From assembly GCA_965228855.1 (NCBI GenBank), contig CBDDIJ010000003.1:1856001-1920000 (forward strand): DNA of 64,000 bases, written 5' to 3'. The stretch comes from Candidatus Obscuribacterales bacterium. Lineage in GTDB: Bacteria > Cyanobacteriota > Vampirovibrionia > Obscuribacterales > Obscuribacteraceae. A program made the position numbers and the translations under genes. Below, one piece after another: positions 60,652-64,000 of the stretch. Positions within the stretch are counted from its first letter, which is position 1. Every line of letters starts with the position of its first letter. Under the pieces are notes generated by a model, which ran no database searches, was not told where the DNA came from, and was given only the letters and a program-made list of their open reading frames with translations.

Positions 60652-61485
60652 TTAACCACCCCTGGTGGCAAGGTAAATGACGTAAGAGCCGAAGAGTACG
60701 CGGTAAACGACAAAGCCCCAGGTAGAGTGCTTCTGCAGGAAGCGAATCAGCCATGCAATAGAGGCCCAGCTGACAAGCCAGGAAACTAAAAGACCACAAG
60801 CCAGGTTTACGACGTCGCTTTGTTGAAAGCCAATCTCTATCAGTTCCTTCAACTCCAGCAAGCCGCTTAAAACAATGGCGGGTATGCCAAGGAGAAAACT
60901 GAATCGAGCAGCATCAGCCCGGTTCAAACCCAACAACATAGCGACGGTGAGAGTGGAACCGCTGCGAGAACATCCGGGAATCAGCGCTAGCGCCTGCCCT
61001 AGTCCAACCAGCAAGCCTTCTTTGATGCCCATCTCGTTGAGCACTTTCTTCTGACTGCCGAATTTTTCAGCAACCAGCAACATCAGCCCCATAATGATTG
61101 ATACTACACCGACCACCATCAACGAACGGATAGGACTGTCCGGACTTTCGAGAAGTTTTTTGATAGCCAATCCGATAACGCATATCGGAATGGTACCGAT
61201 GATGATGCCAGCGGCTATTTTAAAATCTACCGACTCGAAGTTCTTGTCTTTTACAGCCTTGATGGAACCGGTGGCAATTTCTACAAGCTGCTTGAAAAAG
61301 TAAGTTATGACAGCCAGCACCGACCCCAGTTGCAAAACGGCTGAATATGCGGCTCCCGGATCGTGCCAGCCTAGAGCAGCAGGCACGACTCGCAGGTGAG
61401 CGCTTGAACTTATTGGCAAAAACTCCGTGAGCCCCTGCACCGTGCCTAATACCACAGCTTCTAACAGACTTACTTCGTTTGCCAC
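60652..61485 (-). CDS. uppP: undecaprenyl-diphosphate phosphatase
   Basis: 'QGLTEFLPISSSAHL', 'PGCSRSGST', 'ARFSFLLGIP'. Confidence 0.95.
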   Translation of the reverse strand: MANEVSLLEAVVLGTVQGLTEFLPISSSAHLRVVPAALGWHDPGAAYSAVLQLGSVLAVITYFFKQLVEIATGSIKAVKDKNFESVDFKIAAGIIIGTIPICVIGLAIKKLLESPDSPIRSLMVVGVVSIIMGLMLLVAEKFGSQKKVLNEMGIKEGLLVGLGQALALIPGCSRSGSTLTVAMLLGLNRADAARFSFLLGIPAIVLSGLLELKELIEIGFQQSDVVNLACGLLVSWLVSWASIAWLIRFLQKHSTWGFVVYRVLFGSYVIYLATRGG

Positions 61486-61655
61486 TACCTACGGTTCCCT
61501 ATTCAATATGCCAGCATCACAGTGTGACCTGATTCACAGCGGAATGCAACAGTTTCAACGCGCGTTAAAATGCAATCGTTTTTAATCAAAACGAAGATAT
61601 CGATTCGATGTTCAGAAGCAGCATTTCGTTAATCGAAAAGGCGGGATGCCGACCG

Positions 61656-62474
61656 CTATTTTGTTTCTTCAGCATCCTCGACGACATAATCGCCTTCGGC
61701 AACAACACCGAATTCGTCCGAGGATTCGTTTAATTCCTGGTCGCCGAAAGAATCAGTCGCCGGCGTTTTCTTCACTTGTTTGATCCAGGAAGTCATACCT
61801 TCGCGACCAGCAGCGCCACCATGCTCTCGATCAAGCTCCGCGTCGCGCGGCTTGCCACCGATACGCACAAGAGCCTTATCGAGAATCGCTGACGATTCCT
61901 GAGATAGTGCAATAAATTCGAGAGCAAGAGTCGTTTTATTCGCGAGCCAATTGTGATCGACGCGCAATATTCGGGCTGTCAGAGTCACATCGCCTTCGCT
62001 GGTATGCAAAACCGCATTGATCTCTTTTCCGGATTCAACTTCCAGCTGATCGATACGCGTAGTCTCAATAGCTGAGCCCGATTTGCAAAGGTCGACGGTT
62101 CGAAACTCTTGCTTCTGGTGCCCATCAATATTCAGCGAAATCGTCACGGGCATCTCGACACTGACTCGCTGCGCGCGCCTTCTTTGAGACAATGGCTCGA
62201 GTTTCGGTGCGCTACAAACCAGGACGGTACGTCCCTTGGAGACTTGCGTTCCAAGCACATTGGCTGCCCACATGCCGTTGAAAGTTAGACGCGGCGAGTC
62301 GTTGACAAACCACACCCGCGTGCCTTTCGGCAAGATCTTGTTGGTTTCGCGACTTGTACGGACCTGTATAAGCAGCTGACTTCCGGTGCGATCAATAATC
62401 GTGGCGCGCCCAAATCCCATCTCTCCGGGACTCGTCTCCACCTTCACCTTCACGACCGTACCAGGCTGAAACAT
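61656..62474 (-). CDS. PilZ-domain (YcgR-like) c-di-GMP receptor
   Basis: 'QRRRAQRV' RxxxR and 'DLCKSG' D-x-(S/C)-x-x-G motifs. Confidence 0.8.
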   Translation of the reverse strand: MFQPGTVVKVKVETSPGEMGFGRATIIDRTGSQLLIQVRTSRETNKILPKGTRVWFVNDSPRLTFNGMWAANVLGTQVSKGRTVLVCSAPKLEPLSQRRRAQRVSVEMPVTISLNIDGHQKQEFRTVDLCKSGSAIETTRIDQLEVESGKEINAVLHTSEGDVTLTARILRVDHNWLANKTTLALEFIALSQESSAILDKALVRIGGKPRDAELDREHGGAAGREGMTSWIKQVKKTPATDSFGDQELNESSDEFGVVAEGDYVVEDAEETK

Positions 62475-62527
62475 CGCTACATCCTTGCAATTAACGCTAC
62501 GCCGCGGCGTCAGACCATTATGTCACT

Positions 62528-63388
62528 TCAGTCGCCGGAATTTGTGGCGTTCTCATTCTTAAGTCCAATTACGAGGTCATATGCCTCAGACTTACGCATG
62601 TCAAACTGTGCCACCAGTTCTGCCGTTATTTGCTTGGAAGAACAACCTTCATCCAGCCTATCGGTCGCAAACGCCCTTACGGTCTCAAGGTTAAAACCGC
62701 ATGCGCTTTTCGGTTCCGCTCCTTCGATAACCAGGGTGAATTCGCCCTTCAAATGTTCGTCAGACAAGCGATCTTCGAGCTCGCCGAGCCGAACTCGAAT
62801 GTATTCTTCGAACTTCTTGGTCAACTCTCTGGCAAGACAAACCCGCCTGTCACCAAGCACCTCATGCATAATTCGAACCGTCTTCTTCAAACCGTGCGGT
62901 GAAACGTAAAACACAAGGGTTCTTTCTTCGTCGATCAGCGAATTCAGTTTTTCCCTGATCAATGAATCTTTGTCAGGAAGGAAACCTTCAAACACAAAGC
63001 GTTCACAAGACAATCCGCTTCCGACCAGCGCCTGAACGAACGCAGTCGGTCCGGGAATGGCAATGACATCCATGCCAAGTTCTATAGCCAGGGAAACCAT
63101 TCGCTGTCCGGGGTCGGATATCAAGGGAGTCCCGGCGTCCGAAATCAGCGCGACTTTCTGCTGCTCGCGGCTCGCCGCCAAAAGCACGTCCCGGCGCGCC
63201 TCTTCGTTGAATTTATGGCAACTCACCATACGCTTGTTAATCCCAAGATGATTGAGCAGCTTGATTGTTACTCGTGTGTCCTCAACCAATAGAAAATCGG
63301 CCTCGGAAATGATCCTTTTAGTACGCTCCGAAATATCTTCGAGATTACCTATCGGAGTCGAAATTATGAACAGGGCTGCTGACAACAC
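62528..63388 (-). CDS. rsmI: 16S rRNA (cytidine1402-2'-O)-methyltransferase
   Basis: 'TPIGNLEDIS', 'EDTRVT', 'SDAGTPLISDPG', 'FEGFLP', 'RELTKKFEE'. Confidence 0.95.
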   Translation of the reverse strand: MLSAALFIISTPIGNLEDISERTKRIISEADFLLVEDTRVTIKLLNHLGINKRMVSCHKFNEEARRDVLLAASREQQKVALISDAGTPLISDPGQRMVSLAIELGMDVIAIPGPTAFVQALVGSGLSCERFVFEGFLPDKDSLIREKLNSLIDEERTLVFYVSPHGLKKTVRIMHEVLGDRRVCLARELTKKFEEYIRVRLGELEDRLSDEHLKGEFTLVIEGAEPKSACGFNLETVRAFATDRLDEGCSSKQITAELVAQFDMRKSEAYDLVIGLKNENATNSGD

Positions 63389-63457
63389 TTCACCTTTTGA
63401 ACAGTTCTGTCAAACTCTAGCGGTTTCAAGCCTGTTGGGGCTTTTGCCATTTGTGCA

Positions 63458-63716
63458 TGTAGAAAATAGCAGAAAAATAGCGGTCTTATATCGAGTTATG
63501 CACATGAGTTTTCTACAGGTTTTTGACAGATGTAGATATTTAATCTTACAGCTTAAGTGCTGCACCTTGTCGCTAGAGAGATATCGTGTGAGAGCCCACT
63601 CGTGGTGGTTTCAGCAACTCGCGTTTCTACTAAATGTAGAGTATCGTATCGGAAGATATCCATGGTTTCAGCGCGCTCAAACAGAAAGCTAGTCACCTTT
63701 GCCGCCGTTTTCTACA
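63458..63716. repeat. cluster of DnaA-box-like nonamers
   Basis: TTTTCTACA at 63509 and 63708, its reverse complement at 63458, TTATGCACA at 63496. Confidence 0.4.
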
Positions 63717-64000
63717 GACTCTCGAACCTTCAAAGCTTATCGGCTCGCGATCGCCTCGAACATACTCCGTAACAATGAACATCTAAACGCATTGCTAGCG
63801 GATATCGAATCGCAACAGCATATCATCGAGCTTTGCAACGCATATGCAATGCGATTGCTTTTGGTATGGCTTGGCACCAAATATGGTTGCTCGATATTTA
63901 CGTCGTCTATAAAAAGCGATAAACCACATGCGGTGCATGAGTCTGAGAGATTTTTTCTTTCCTGGGACATATACCCCTTCCAGGAAAGTGTGCGGTTGGC

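Noticed and set aside
63624..63641. TTTCTACTAAATGTAGAG resembles a Cas12a repeat stem-loop
   Set aside because: Single copy, no repeat-spacer periodicity and no cas genes in the window
63737..63970. 77-aa minus-strand ORF at the window end
   Set aside because: No recognisable features; cannot be supported without flanking sequence

Overview
64 kb of a bacterial chromosome, most consistent with a non-photosynthetic cyanobacterial relative (Melainabacteria/Vampirovibrionia, Obscuribacterales-like). This assignment is inferred from cyanobacteria-type DUF4330/IctB genes, futalosine-pathway mqnA, a fused cbb3-oxidase/cytochrome bc operon and no photosynthesis genes in the window. Much of it is housekeeping or metabolic (pth, gcvPA, lepB, hutU, lysC, pdp, mqnA, uppP, rsmI, acyl-CoA ligase, lipoate ligase) plus secreted hypotheticals. 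No rRNA, tRNA, CRISPR array or transposase was recognised. Highlights: (1) two ORFs at 47060-48277 are joined by one in-frame TGA followed by a SECIS-like hairpin, giving a candidate exported thioredoxin-fold, SelN-like selenoprotein; (2) a translationally coupled pair of complementary half-dead histidine kinases, one with the phospho-His but no ATP-binding boxes and the other the reverse; (3) a respiratory operon with two complementary cytochrome b paralogues (Qo motif plus heme bL only, versus both hemes plus 2x[4Fe-4S] and no Qo motif), an MvhD-like subunit and two unannotated micro-membrane proteins; (4) a stand-alone HTH-Mrr-like nuclease-STAND NTPase candidate anti-phage gene; (5) a catalytically degenerate RNase J; (6) a B12 mutase with isobutyryl-CoA-mutase specificity residues. 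All calls are motif reading by eye; no database searches were run.
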